Part shown: in pieces, positions 29,240-42,880 of the stretch | Layout of the letters: each line of letters starts with the position of its first letter | Numbering within the stretch: the first letter of the stretch is position 1 | Assembly: GCF_009834535.1 (NCBI RefSeq) | Contig: NC_045697.1 | Span: 105,154,001 to 105,218,000 of the forward strand | Direction of reading: 5' to 3' | DNA length: 64,000 bases | Source: Camelus ferus | Lineage: Eukaryota | Translations under genes and position numbers: made by a program | The notes under the pieces: model-generated | Told to the model about the DNA's origin: nothing | What the model saw: the letters and a program-made list of their open reading frames with translations, nothing else | The model's database searches: none

Positions 29240-31241
29240 TTCTTCCTGCATTTCGTTTCAGCTTGCATGCTCAGTTCTAACCGTGCTGCAGGATGGATCA
29301 GAAGCAAGCACAGGCTCGAGTGCCGGAAAAATGGGAGAATATAATCAGGCTTTAAGTATTAGTCCTAAATTCAACAGACCATGTGGTTCCTCGTATCACA
29401 TTAAAGTTTAGCAACAGCTAAAGAATGCGAAAGATGTGCTCAGCAAATTTTCAAAATCTAAGTATCAGTTACTGAAAATAAACTCTTGCAACAGAAACGC
29501 GAAGTAAATTCTAAGACGTGAAATTCACAAGTGGGGATGGTTGTGGTCATACAGCCTAAGACTTGAGACAGATTTTTATTTTTAGTGCCATCTGAGTAAA
29601 GATCTTAGAACCTATTTGTCAAGGTAATTTTCACCTCTTGGTGAGTATTCTAATTCCTAGACATATTAATCACCTAAGTTGTATTCGGTGAGAAGCACAG
29701 TGCTCTAAAGCGATGACTGGAAGTACTATGTTCTAAGAGACATAGTTTCCTACTGCACGTAAAGACCTAGATTCTAGGTCCAAATAAACAACTAGTAACG
29801 ATTTTGAACAACTCATTAAAACTTTGTGAATTCAGCTCTTTTGCCCCCCAAAACAAAAAATAAGCAATTATCAATAAATGCTTAACCACTGTGAGGATAA
29901 AATAATCTACTTATAAATCACTTGAAATAAATAGCCTACATTTACTAAACAATTATGAGGTTGGTTGGCCATCACCCACAAGCAATCCCCCCCAAAGCAG
30001 CCTCCCACACACGTTTGGTTTCTGTCATGTACAGTCAAGAGTCTCAAAACATTTTGCCTACTTAATACATTGAACCAATATGTACAGTTTCCCTGAGTCA
30101 GATTTTAGGAAGGTGATATAATAATCAAAGACTTTTAAAACAAACTGGACAGATCTACTTTACATGAAAATATTTTCACAGGATATGTGGACAAAACTAC
30201 ATCTGCTGTTTTATGATATGATGAAAATATTTACAAAAAGACCTTTGGTATGGTCAATAAATCACTTTCAACATTGTAACTCCCTCGCCTCTAAGATCTT
30301 GGTTATAAGCTATTTAGGACATTAAAATTTGTGGAGCTGGCTTGATTCCTGACTTGAACAATTATAAAAAGACCTTTACTGTATGTTACTTAGGAAGTTT
30401 TCAATGATTATTCTTTGAGTGGTAATTATACTTAGCATTTTAAGTGACAATTAAATTTTAGTTTTATTTTAAGAAGAGTCCTATAGCTTAAAGATACAAA
30501 TTGAAGGAGTCACAGATGCCAGGACATGCTTTAAAGTAACCCAGGGAGGCAGAAAATGAAATAAACTGGTAGTTGTTGAACCCGGGTGATGGATATCTGA
30601 GAGTTCATTATACAATTTTATCTACCATTGTATATTTAAAAAATTTTCCATAATAAAGTTTAAAAAATATTTATTTAAAAATATAAAGAGCTAAAAACAG
30701 AATGGTTCAGTGGATTTTTTTAAAGATAACAACAAAACCACCCTGAAATTTTTTTTTTTTTTTTACTTTCAACTGCTTCACTGAGGTATAATTTATATCC
30801 ACACAATTCACCCACTGAAAGTGCACATTCATTGATTTTTAGTTTGTACAGTTGCACGACCACCAGAACAATGATTTAATTTTAAACCAGGAGAACTTTT
30901 TTTGGGGGGGACTTGGGGAGTATTTTGTTGTTGTTGTTGTCGTGAAACAAAGTTCTCCTTAAACGATGGTTAGTGTAGGAGCTTAGCTATGTTTTAGAAT
31001 CATGCTTTTTTTTCTCTTCTTGAAATACTAGTAGTCCCAAAAAAGCAGTATCTATCAGCAACTGGATTTTGAGACTAACACTATCCTTTTTCCTCCATTT
31101 TTACCAACATATTTCCTCCTTGCCAAGTTATGAGGACGAAATACACGTTCTTCCCCTTTTGCATATAACCTCTCAGTTGGCAGACGGCCACAACCAGCAG
31201 TGGTGGGCAAACACGAGACCTGAATCGACTCTTCTGTGTTT
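29240..31241 (-). pseudogene. Fossil exons 31241-about 31010, 30430-30062 and 29510-29240, start of module 3
   Basis: PPLLVVAVCQLRGYMQKGKNVYFV vs recalled PLNIICKQLISINNSCPASRNVYLL. ITKILEARELQ vs FSKLLELLTLR. GLLNLGLILKA vs GVENMQVALAC. Confidence 0.5.
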
Positions 31242-31503
31242 CTAAGACTAGACTAGGGCAGCTCTGGGGAGGGTTCCACCCCCACCCCCACCCCACCTCA
31301 GGTCACCTTGGGAAGAGCAGAATATAATTTATCATTCCCTCTCTTCAGGAAATGGGAAAAATTGAATACACTACAGGAGGCCTGAATAGGACTGTACTAT
31401 GAGGTAGACCAGTTGCGCACTGCCCCACCATCGTCCCTGCCCAGACCGTAGAGGCTGAGGTAAATTACCACCCAGCTAACAGTGGCTTCCAATATGCATT
31501 TCT

Positions 31504-31635
31504 TTTTTTGGGGGGGGGGTAGTCATTAGGTTTAGTTATTTACTTATTTTTAGATAAGGTATTGGGGATTGAACCAGGACCTCACGCATGCTAAATAAGC
31601 ATGCACTCTACCACTTGAGCTATATCCTTACCCCT
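31504..31635 (-). mobile_element. tRNA-derived SINE (Vic-1 type)
   Basis: Reverse-strand A/B boxes; perfect TSD caatatgcatttct at 31490-31503 and 31636-31649. Confidence 0.85.
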
Positions 31636-33294
31636 CAATATGCATTTCTGTATAAATATTTCTGTGTTCCTGTCTGCTCTAGGAATCAGCATTTGCGCTC
31701 TGCTTTTCAAATCTCCAGTCTCAGCTGAAAAGGAATGGTTGATGCAGCTAATGAAATCTTACAGGCTTTTCATAGAGGTGAAATGGTAACTTAATATTAG
31801 AATAATTCACTTTGGATGTGTACCATTAATATACAGAACTAGCAATGGGTATGCCTTAAAAATAAAATCACAGAAAAGTTATTTGAAGGTTTAGAGATAC
31901 TATAAATATAGTAAAGATGATTTAACAATCAGGAATAATACTCATATTTTATTAAGTTCTGAGCATTTAAAAAAGTCAAACAATTTTGGGGAAGTGTGGT
32001 ACATAGCTAGACACTTGTGGTCACAATTATAATGCATCATATGTAGAGTAGTCATATCATTTACTAGCCTGACACGTTAAAAAAAATAATAAAATGTCAA
32101 AGCAATACTATACATACTAGTGGGAAAAATTCATTATTAAAATTTAAAATGTAACCTTATTCTATTAATGCTGCTTTGCTATAGAACATGCTACAGGTTT
32201 CCTCACATCATTTGTTTGTGTTGCTGGATTTTTTTTTTTTTAAGGATTATTATTGAAACACTTTTGAGTGTGAAAGGAGAAGCTATAAAAAATGCCACCA
32301 AGACAACAGGCTTCACCCCAAACTATCCCAGGCAAACTGGGACACATGCTCACCCTCGTTATAAGCAACTCACTGTAAAATCACTGAAAATTAATGGAAT
32401 TTTGCTACAGTTCTCAATTCTTTGTGGGCTGTAATGAAGTCTCCAATAGTTAGTCTCAAGCTTTTGCCTTTGGGACACTTTAGCCGTCAGCAGGGAGAAG
32501 CTAAAAGGGTCTCTTTTTAAATCCCATCCCTTGACTCTGATATTTTACATTTGTACCTTTAACATCCTTATCTTTGTATGTATAATATAGATATCAAATA
32601 CCACTGAAATATGAAATTCAATGAACAGTATTGAATATAGTAAAATAGATTATAGTTTATCAAATGAGAATTAGGACAATCACCCAGTGGTGAAATTTTG
32701 AAAACAACATTCCAATTCTAGGGAGGATACTTTCACTTTCCAATTGGATAATTTAATCGTTTAAGAAATATTGCCAAAAACAACAATTTTGAGACTCAGA
32801 GTGTACATTTAAATTAGAAATCCAAAATAGAAACTAAAAGTAAACTTGGAGGTGTTCCCCACATTTACCTCATTTGGGTAGCCCTAGAATTTGAATAACA
32901 TTTCAATTTCTTTTACGGTCTCCTCACCCTAAAAATATCATAATTAAAATTCTCAGCAGCACTTATGTCCACAAATGTTAAGACCCAAATCAAACTAAAA
33001 GATTAAAAACAGCTGGAATTTATAAACCAAAAGGCTTTTCTACTTTGGTAAAGTGATTATAATGAAGTGTGACACAATTTTATGAACTTATTAGTCCGAC
33101 TAGATGAATTTACATTCTGCAGCACTTCAATAACTTTAGAAGTTGGAGCACTGCCCAAAAACAAAATGGGAAATTTTTTCCTGTTGCTCTTTATGCAGAA
33201 GTCAAAATGATTTATATTTAAAAATTAAATTACAGAATAAAATACATGGTATTAAAACTCAAGTTAAGAATACTAATGCACAAAGTTGATACAC

Positions 33295-33934
33295 TTTATA
33301 GAGTAGAATAGTGTGATATTTTTCTTTTGTGAAGCCAAAATTGTTTATAATAGGTGAGTAAAAGCAATGTGAATTTCCCTGTCAGGAAACAAGCAGTATA
33401 CTTGCTAAAACTATTTCCAATGAACTTCCAAATCTGTTAGCATCATTCATTTAAATACTCTGATACTAAGATTAAACAGTGGGTTAAATATGGGTTCTGA
33501 CAGTTTACTCCATTTATACAAAATATCACAAGGAGAAATTTATGTACATTCTGAGGATCTCAAATGAGAAATCTCAGTATAAACTTTTCAACTAATATTT
33601 AGAACAAACTGTCTGAGGAAACCATCAAACACATTTTTCCCTTTCCCTAACTGATCAATATCATTACTGCTATTTTAAATTATTATTTTAAATGTTTGTC
33701 TAAAATTACAAACTCTATTTGCAAAAGTATCAACATTCAGGCATCCTCATCTGGTACGTTGAGTACTAGGACCCCGATGAGGGAGGAGGCACTGCTTAGC
33801 CACTTAAAAAGCCCCTCGGCAGGAAAGACTATACAGTCCCAGGTGGAAATGACACTCAAATTTCTCTCTGATACCTGTTTCCCAAAGCCAAAATAATGTT
33901 TTCCAGTCAGCTGAATTTTACCACTGGACTGATC
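33295..33934 (-). pseudogene. Fossil exons 33934-33548 and 33465-33295, module 2
   Basis: Acceptor tttaacttacag, then 65 open codons including SVISTWDCIVFPAEGLFKWLSS vs recalled FVLFPWRAFLEDGGPFPVMSS. FLRQFVL vs LLRSFLV. LTDLEVH vs LESLEIH. Confidence 0.5.
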
Positions 33935-34105
33935 CTGTAAGTTAAAAATGAGTTTAGTTTCTTAATGTCATCCATAAGAATGCGAGGAATTTGAGCAAAT
34001 CCCTACCACCAACACCGGCATCAAAAGAAGTCATTCTGCCAGACAAAGGAGAGGTCAAGAAAACCAACACCATAATATAACTGAAGTAAGCTATCAAAAG
34101 CATGA

Positions 34106-34193
34106 GGGGGTGGGTATAGCTCACTGGCAGAGTGTGTGCTCAGCATGCACAAGGTCCTGGGTTCAATCCCCAGTACCTCAATTTAAAAAAAAA
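34106..34193 (+). mobile_element. tRNA-derived SINE (camelid Vic-1 type)
   Basis: A box tagctcactgg, B box ggttcaatcc, poly-A tail, and similar flanks aaaagcatgagg / aaaagtgtgagg. Confidence 0.85.
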
Positions 34194-35322
34194 GTGTGAG
34201 GACAATTCAAAAACAGTAATAGATATAAATATTCAATATCTTGTAATAACCTATCATGAAAATGAATATATGTATGTATATATGACTGAAACATCATGCT
34301 ATGCACTAGAAATTGACACATTGTAACTGACTACTTCAATTAATAAATTGCATCAAAAAATCATAATCAGATGTTGAATTACAGTGCACTGCAGAGACCC
34401 ACCCAGTTCAAGAGATAATAAGCTTCCATTTTTCTCCCATAGTTAAATTTTTAAATATTGTATTTTCCAAGATCTGATACAAGGCACACATTAAAAAACT
34501 ATCCATGACTTTGACGAGACCTTAGTATTGAGGTTTCCAGATCATTTATTCATGCCCCCACAGGGCACTAGGCACTGTGCTATTACTTGTAGGAATAAAA
34601 GACGAGAGCAGGCACACTCCTGCTCTTGGCAGTGTGGCAGGGAAGACAGAAACAGGCCATTTTACGACCTGTGATGGCACAAGCTCAGGTGTCGCGGGAC
34701 ACACCGGAGTCAAGGAAGCCTTCCGAGGCAGCCACCTCTAACAGAGAACTGAAGCCCTGGGAGGGACCAGCTGGCACAGATCAGAGAGAGGGAGGATAAA
34801 AGAGGATTAAACAGATGTGGGTAAAGGCCCTGGAGTGGGCCGGGCAGCAGACACACACCTGGGAGGGATGGATGCTTTCATGAGCTGAGTGCGGCCCAGG
34901 AGTAGATCCTGAGGCTGGAGTGGGAAGTGATGCAGCTTAGGAGGAAGGCAGGTTTCAAAGCTCCTGTATCACACCGAGGAATTTTAAGGAAGGTTGAAAA
35001 GCAAAGCCAAGGAGATGCACAAATTCTAGGTTGGTTCATCTGCTTGCCTGTTATCTGCTACCCGGTGCCACTCTTCCTGCACAGTGAGCCAGTCAAGGTG
35101 GTGTTTCTGCAACACCATTAAATGTCATGCACTTTTCACTGAAGGCCAGGCTCTCAGACAGGCAAAGATGAGTTTGGGCAACATGGTCCATGACATTTGG
35201 GACCCGCAGGCCTTCTGCAAGGTGTGGAGTCTTTAGTTAAGCACTGGGTCCTGCCTCTTCCTTCACCTGACTGCTGACACACTGTTTATCTCCCCACCTT
35301 GGAGGGCATCCAAGTCCGTCTC

Positions 35323-36180
35323 TTTTATTTTATTTTTGTCATTCTACAGTTTTATTTACACAACCAGTGAATGGCATGTTCTTAGAAGACCAGCTTTAAT
35401 CCTCTTCAGATATATTAATGTGAGAAGCCAGATTGTCATTATACAGCAAATGAGGCTACTGGCCTTCACACAGGCAGCCAAGTTCCATATCCGGGTGGTA
35501 CTGACATCAGAGAAGTTTCCAAAATGGGAAACTGCTGCCTAAGATTGGTTGTCCCCAACGAAAGCTTGAAACAACCTGTATTCACAGCAAGGTACTGGAG
35601 TTGCTGCATGTCATTAACTGGGACCCCTTGCAACAACTCAACAAGGAACAAGGCAGCCCACAAATGCAGAAAACGTGATTCCTGAAACATAACTAGCAGG
35701 CTGTTCTCCATACTGCTGCATTATTTGATCATGCGTAGGCTTCACAAATGCATCCTACTGTTTTGCAGGTTTTGTATTCAATATTTCTTCATGCTCTTCT
35801 TGAACCTTCTCTTCACGTTCTTTCAGGAAACATTTACTGTTCATCCCAATCTGCTGTAGAGTGAGTAAGGGCTGTTCTTTTTTTCATGGTGAGGATGTTG
35901 CTGACGGAGACACTGGCGAAGCTGGTCCACTGAGGAGAAACGCACCTGGCTGTGCGTCAGAAGTACAACACGGACCTATCTGTTGGAAACCAGTTTCTAA
36001 ATGTCTTGTCTTCTGCCAAAGGGAGAGAGTCTCTGGTTGAGACTAGTGAGAGCAGGGCCAGGAGTGGACAGAGGATGTCAAGAGCCTGCTGCGAGCTCCA
36101 AGTTCCTAGCGCGTGAAAGGCACCACGGCAACTGCGCAGACGCATGGGACTAAGCCGTCAGGAAGCGCCGCTCATGCCCT
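35323..36180 (-). pseudogene. AKIRIN2: AKIRIN2 processed pseudogene (3' CDS, 3' UTR and poly-A remnant; 5' boundary approximate)
   Basis: 36015-35680 reads [109 protein letters not shown] without introns. AATAAA is at 35356-35351 and an A-rich tail at 35337-35323. Confidence 0.92.
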
Positions 36181-39027
36181 GAAGAGTTATCTTTCACCAT
36201 CAAAACGTATTTTTATTGAGAACGTTATGCTAAGTGAAATAGGGCAGCCACAAAAGGACAAATACTGTATGATTCCAGAAGGGTCAAATGCCTAGAGACA
36301 GGAAGGAGCGTGCCGGCTGGCAGGGGATGGGGGAGAGAAATGGGGACTTCGTATTTAGTGGGCAGAGTTTCAGCAGGGAAAGACGAAGAGTTGAGATACA
36401 GGTTGGCGATGGCTGAACAACAATGCGAATGTACTTAATGCTGCCGAACTGTACCCTTAAGATGGCAAAATTTATGTTATGTGTATCTTACCAAGGTTTA
36501 CCAAAAAAAAGTAACGACGTGCACTTACCGAACTAGCACAAAGTAGCACGGTGGTGCCCGCTGCTGGCGGGGATGGAGGAAGGGTACTAAAATACGCGAC
36601 TGGTGGAAATGTGAATTATTTCAATCTTTTGGAAAGAAATCTAGCAACATTTCTTAAAATTAAAATCCTCATTTGATTCAGAACTCTTAGTCTAGAAACA
36701 AATCAAATATAAAAAGTATAAGGAAATACATAGTTTCCCACGTGTCAGAAAAAAATCTTGGAAGCATTCTCTCTCCATTTTTAGGAAGAGTCCCTGACAC
36801 ATATATTTTTCATGACTGCGGGCCCTGCCTTTATTGCACAGTAAAGCAAACATAACACCAATTGGCTCTCATCTAATTTCCTGCTATGCTCAAAGCATAG
36901 CTATTTTCTGAATTCCTCGTCTTTTTTTCCCTAAAATTTTAAAGAAAATATTTTCTTATATGATCAGGAGAAAAGACTACTTGTTAAAAAGCTGGTTAAT
37001 CAATGCGATTTTATCATCAGATCAACTCTCCTCTAGGATGAGAAGTTTGAAGTCTGTTACAAAGTAAAGAGAAATAATGCCAACATACAAGAAGCTGAAA
37101 ATGTAAGTGAATCACATTGAGCTTCAAATATTTAATTTTCCAAAATATTTTGCCCAATCAGAAATGTTATGTCTACTCAATGAGACTAACTTAAGGCATA
37201 AATGAAATACTATTAAAATGATCCTAATAAAATCAGAAACATAAATTGGTTGCAAAAAGGTTACCATTTTAGGTAGCATGATTTTTCCAGATTTTTTTTC
37301 ATTTAAAAAAAATAGGTAGTTGGCTGTTTCCTTCTATACAGGCTTTTTTTTTTTAAACATCTGAGAAATAACAGCCCCATGATAAACAGGATCTCTCAAG
37401 TACCACTAATAAGTTGATTACCATTACAAAAAAGAACTGAGAGCACAGTTAATTTGACTTCATTTAACTGCCTCAGTGATTAGTTTTAAAAAGGATTTCT
37501 AGGATCCACTTAGTACCCTGAGTTCTGCTTGAGACCAGACCTGTCTCCCTGGATTTCTAGGGCTCTAGGCACCTCCTTACACACTGAGGAATAACCTATA
37601 CCAACCGAAGCCTCGCTTATCATTTATGTCATTTTCAGGTCAACGAATACAGACTTCCACATAGCGGGCTCTCTTTAAAGGGGGCACACTTGAATGGTTC
37701 CCAACAGTAATCCTAACTCGCTCCCCCTGGCACTAAATATGTCCAAAGAGTCGACAATGACATATTCATAATTGAAAATATGAAGCCATTCTGACTTCTT
37801 ACGGTGAAGTAGAGCATTTGGAAGTCTTGGAATGCAAATCATCTGATGATTTAAATGTGTGCCAAGTGTGACGTTGGTACCAGTTTATTGAAGAAGAGTA
37901 CTGTATGATTACTGTTGTAATTTCTGCAACTGAAAAGTTTCTTGTGGTTAGAGCACTTATAACTGGCATTGGGTACAGAGTTATTATGACGGATTGGTTT
38001 GAGAGATAGTCATGGACGTTAGAGAAGGGGTTTATATCACAGTGAATTCTTGCTGACGTGTACCTACAGGGTCAGACCACAGGTATAGGTGGAGCTGGCA
38101 GTTAACTCCTGACAAAACTACCCCCTTGACAGATGGAGACCAGAGTCCTATCCTGAGACATTTATTGACTTCCTTGGTTTAAGGGGCTAGTGTCACAAAC
38201 ACCATCCTCAGTAAATGGTACCCTCTTAATCTTAGTGTACATACTTGCTTCTAAGTCAGCACTATATTCAATATCTTGCAGTAACCTATAATGAAGAAGA
38301 ATATGAAAAGGAATAGATGTATGTCTATGTATGACTGAGCATTATGCTGTACACCAGAAATTGATACAACACTGTAAACTGACTGTACTACAATTAAAAA
38401 ATAAAAAACCATTACACATTAAAACAAAACAAAACAGCTGTAGGTTTGGGGATGAGATGGGTGGGCATCTCAGGGATTTTCAGGGGAAACCACTAGAAGA
38501 CTACATAAATAATTTTGGATGATGTAAATTAAATCTAATTTAAAATTTTTAACCAAGGGGCACGCCCTCTTTCCACTCTCCTCCAAAATTCCAGGCTCAC
38601 TGTGTCAGCTACTTTGTCAGGGACTGGCACTGGCTTTGGAGTCAGATGCAAGTTTGAGTGTCTAAGCTTTATCACTGATCAGCTGGGTCCCTTGCCAAAG
38701 CCACTCAATGGCAAGCATTTGCTGGTATGAAGTCACATACAGACACAAACCGTTACTGTCGTAACTGTATATGAAGAAACGGAGGTGAGTCTCCCTGCGT
38801 TTTCCTCCTTAGCAGCAATTCCACATGATCTTAACACAGGCTGCCAGTGTATTTTGGTTTCTGCAGATCTGGTCTTGAAGGGAGAGAAACTGTCTAATAT
38901 TTTTATTAATTACTGCATTCCCTTCTTTTTCTTCCAAAAGTTTTTTTTTTTTTTAAAGGACACTTCCATATTAAGCCTAGGTGGGCAGAATTTTTGTAAA
39001 ATTGTTTTAAGTTAGAATTTAAATTAC

Positions 39028-41752
39028 CCTTTTGAGAAAAATTACAGTTTCGGGTTTTTGATCTGTGCCTACACCTAATATCATGCAGTGAATCTCTTCC
39101 ACAAAATAGTATTATAGCTTTTAATGTCACCCATCACCCTATTTGATAATAAAACAGGGCTGTTTGCACAACTGGAAAAGCCACTTGCCCTAGGTCTACA
39201 TCTAATTTCAGTGGTATTTGTTCCCACCAGGATTCAAAACAGCCCTTTTATTGGCACCAAATACACGTTTTATATTCAGTATGTGTGTAGGGGCATTGGA
39301 ATCGGACATATAAAATTATTGCCCCTTGACATCTTCTACACTAATCCATCAAGGAACCCCTTAGAGAGCTTTGCATAAGCTGTGGTCTTTGTCCAGTCTG
39401 ACAAGCAATAAGAGCACTGTGAACAGCTATCATTTTGTTAACGTTTACAACATGCCAGGTAATTGGCACATATCACTTCTCACCGCTAAAACATCACGAG
39501 GTATTACCCATTTCCATTTAACAGCTAGGAATCGGGGAGAGGCTGGTAACTGGCTCAGGTCTCGGGGCCAGCAGAGCCACCTGTAGAACTGAACAGAGTC
39601 TGGAGTCAAGAAGACCTGCCTGCAACTCCTACCTCTGTCATTCACTGCATGACTGTGGACAAATGGCTTAAGTCCTCGAATTAACCTCCCCATCCAAAAA
39701 AGATACTACTTAACACCAACAGAAACTGTTCATAAATAAAACCAAGAAATGCCCATTTCAGTGCCTAGCTCACAGTCCCATTCGGTAAGTGTTCATGTGA
39801 TCAGCGCGAGCTACAGCAACATCAGAATTTGAACACAGGGTCCTAAGGTTATGATGGGTGCATCCACACTAGATCTGAAAAATGAGAGGCCATCATCTAG
39901 TTTCCATCACAATTAAGAAAAAGTATATGTTACAAACACAAAGCATATAAAGACAAAGTATAATTGTCATTCACAGGGGTTAGGGGGAGGGAAGAGTGGG
40001 GTGTGATTGTTTATTGGATACAGAATTCCAGCCTAGCAAGATGAAAAGAGTTATGAGGATCGCAGGTGGTGATGCCTGCACAACCATGAGAATATATTCA
40101 ATACCACTCAACTGTGCATTTAAAAATGGCAAGATGTAAATTTTATGTTACGTGTATTTTACCACAATAAAAACCAAAACCCAAACCTAAAGTAAACATT
40201 AAGCTTCATTAGCTCAATCTGGAAATACTGCCTTTGCTGGAAATTCTACATAAGGAAATGGAATTATGATCTATTTTAAATATAACAGAATTATTTTATT
40301 ACATGATCTTAGCAGAATCTTAAACAGTGGTAAGAATATTTATCCTTTGATTTACTTGTATAAAATAAGTCACTACCTGGAATTAATTTCCAATTGATTT
40401 CTTAATTAGCCATTTAGTGAGAACGAGTGGGTACATACCATGTGTTCTAGAAACCTGAAGGTAACAGCATGGTTGGCATCTCCTCATAGGACGTGATAAA
40501 AGAAGGCAGAGAGCCCTTTCTGGGAATTCTAGAGGCAACAATTTCTACTTTAAAAGAGCCTGGTCTATAGTAAGCAGCATGGCTACAACATAGGTACACA
40601 CCTCTATGCATAATGACATTTCTTTAGCAACTGTTCTCCCCAAAACAAATCATACTAGAATGGAGAGCAGAATGATGTCACGGTACAACTACTAAAGAAA
40701 AAATTACATATGAAAAATGTTTACTAATGTCTCAATTTAAATCTCAACTGCACTTCAGTAACTGTAAAAATACATAGCACAGAGTTGATTTTTAAAAAAC
40801 CTTTATCGTTATCTTCTGATAAATCAAAGTTTTTGACTTAAAAAAATCTTTATTGAAAGCACAGTCACAAATATCCAAAGCAACATTCTTCTTGTAGTCT
40901 GGCTAGCAACTGAGGATCTTCTAAAAATCCAAATCAGGTATGTTGAGTACATTTAATTTAACAATTTTAAAGGGAAAGCTGATTGAAGGAATTCTGTACC
41001 TAAAAACACTTAACAATGGTATAATTATTATAATTACATAATTATTTCCCCATCTATTCTCTTTTGAAAACAGTGATTTTTATCTCTACTAATATTCTTT
41101 TTAGGTGACTATCCTTTTTAAATTGTAATTTCAGGTCATATTGGATAGTGAAAAAAAAAAAAGCAGAATTAGTATTTCTGTAATGGTAAGTTATGGTAAA
41201 GATAAAATAGACAGCCTACTCTGCTTTCTTACATAAACGAAGAGAAACTCTTCTATGTTAAACTTCTGACATTCTCCCACCACAACAGGAAAGACAATTT
41301 GCCAGATTTTTCAAATAACTTAAAAACTGTTTTAATTTTCTGGTTTGTTTTATAAAGGATGCATTAACGGCTCAATAGAGGTTAATTTCTGTTATGAAAA
41401 TCATGTCTTTTTTTGGTTCCCATCCCCACCCTGTGGGTTATGACTATAAATTACAACTTACTCAGTCTGTTAAAAAAAAAAAAAAGCTATCAGTACCTGA
41501 AAACTCTAACTGTCTACCCAGTAAACTGAATTCAACAGCAAGAAACTTTGTAAAAGAGGAACTCTTTTCCCGGTTCTATTTGATTTTTTCCACAATATAT
41601 GCTGTTTCATGGAAAAGGACAAAGTTAATCCCTAAAGTGCATTATGATAATTTCTGCTTTATATGTAATTTTCAAGATATCGTAGAGGATAAAAAGAATG
41701 CACACTGTCTAGAATTTTTTAAAAGTGTGGTATCTGGAATCCCCATGCCTTT
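39028..41752 (-). pseudogene. Fossil exons 41752-41497, 40920-40801, 40654-40439 and about 39190-39028, module 2
   Basis: FLAVEFSLLG vs recalled FVSIQLEKVG. EDPQLLARLQEE vs KNPDEIEKVKRE. YEEMPTMLLPSGF*NTW vs FQQRPRSLLSADGRVFLNLW. TLKAIILFCGRDSLHDI vs ALKLTLQLVAPLHDI. Confidence 0.55.
39420..39800. mobile_element. Two adjacent MIR fragments in opposite orientation (other MIR/L2 remnants near 3830, 5600, 11540, 13540, 22000-22900, 23420, 46660, 48300-49250, 51480 and 63030)
   Basis: MIR core motifs ccatttaacagctagg...gaggc and ctgcatgactgtggacaaatggcttaa. Confidence 0.55.
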
Positions 41753-42211
41753 CTGTTAATATGAATGGACTGCTGCGCATACCCAGGGCCTAGGACTTAG
41801 TAAGTACCCAAGAGACGCTGGCTGAACTGAAGGAACGTGCCTGGTTTCTGCCTGGGTCAACACTGTGGATACACGTAGCGCATCTTCCTTTCCATTTCCC
41901 ATGTTCACTTCATCCCATATTGGCTCTGGCCCTGTTGGTTCCTTGCCTCTCCACTTGCCTTCATAGCACCTGCTCCTGATTTGATTCTCCAAGTTCTGGA
42001 CCTAATTCTTCATGTTTCAATAACATCTGACCTTAGTCATGATCAAAGCTCTGATCTGGGAGATGCTAGTTAAATTAGGCACAGGTCAGCTCTTTCAATA
42101 TTTGGGAGCTGTAATCATAAATATTTTGAGTTTTAAGTATCCCCGATGATGGCTTTAAAGCACTTCAAACAAATCTAAATCTAAATGTTCTGCTGCCACA
42201 TTTGATTGCAC

Positions 42212-42657
42212 TTTTTTCATTGAAGTACAATCAGTTACAATGTGTCAATTTCTGGTGTACAGCACAATGTCCCAGTCATGCATATACATACATATATTCG
42301 TTTTCATATTCTTTTGCATTAAAGGTTATTATGAGATATTGAATATAGTTCCCTGTGCTACACAGAAGCTTTTTTTAAAAAAATCTATTTTTATATATAA
42401 TGGTTAACATTTGTAAATCTCAAACTCCCAAAATTTATCCCTTCCTACCCCCTTTCCCTGGTAACCACAAGACTGTTTACTAAGTCTATGAGTCTGTTTC
42501 TGTTTTGTAGATGAATTCACAGTACGGAATACCACTCAGCCATAAAAAACAATAAAGTAATGCCACTTGCAGCAACATGGATGGACCAAGAGATCATCAT
42601 TCTAAGTGAAGTAAGGCAGAAAGAGAAGGAAAAATACCATATGACATCACTCATATG
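42212..42657 (-). mobile_element. L1 3' fragment with a 5' inversion
   Basis: 42212-42520 is the reverse complement of the L1 3' UTR; 42521-42657 is the end of ORF2 in the opposite orientation. Confidence 0.75.
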
Positions 42658-42880
42658 ATTACATTTTAAATATTGAAAGGAAAGGTTGTCTGAAAGATCT
42701 TTTATTCTATCAGTTTAATAATGACATTTCTCAACCATTTCTCCACTATTCTCCTTTTAAAATAGTGATTTTTATTCAAGATTTCTAATTAATGGCTACT
42801 AACACTCTCCATTCGTATCCTTTTTTGAATGCAATTTCAGTTCATATTGGATAGGAAAAAATAAAACAATTAGCACTTAC

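Noticed and set aside
34106..34180. tRNA gene
   Set aside because: It has tRNA-like A/B boxes, but also a poly-A tail, flanking repeats and two more degenerate copies in the window, so it is a SINE.
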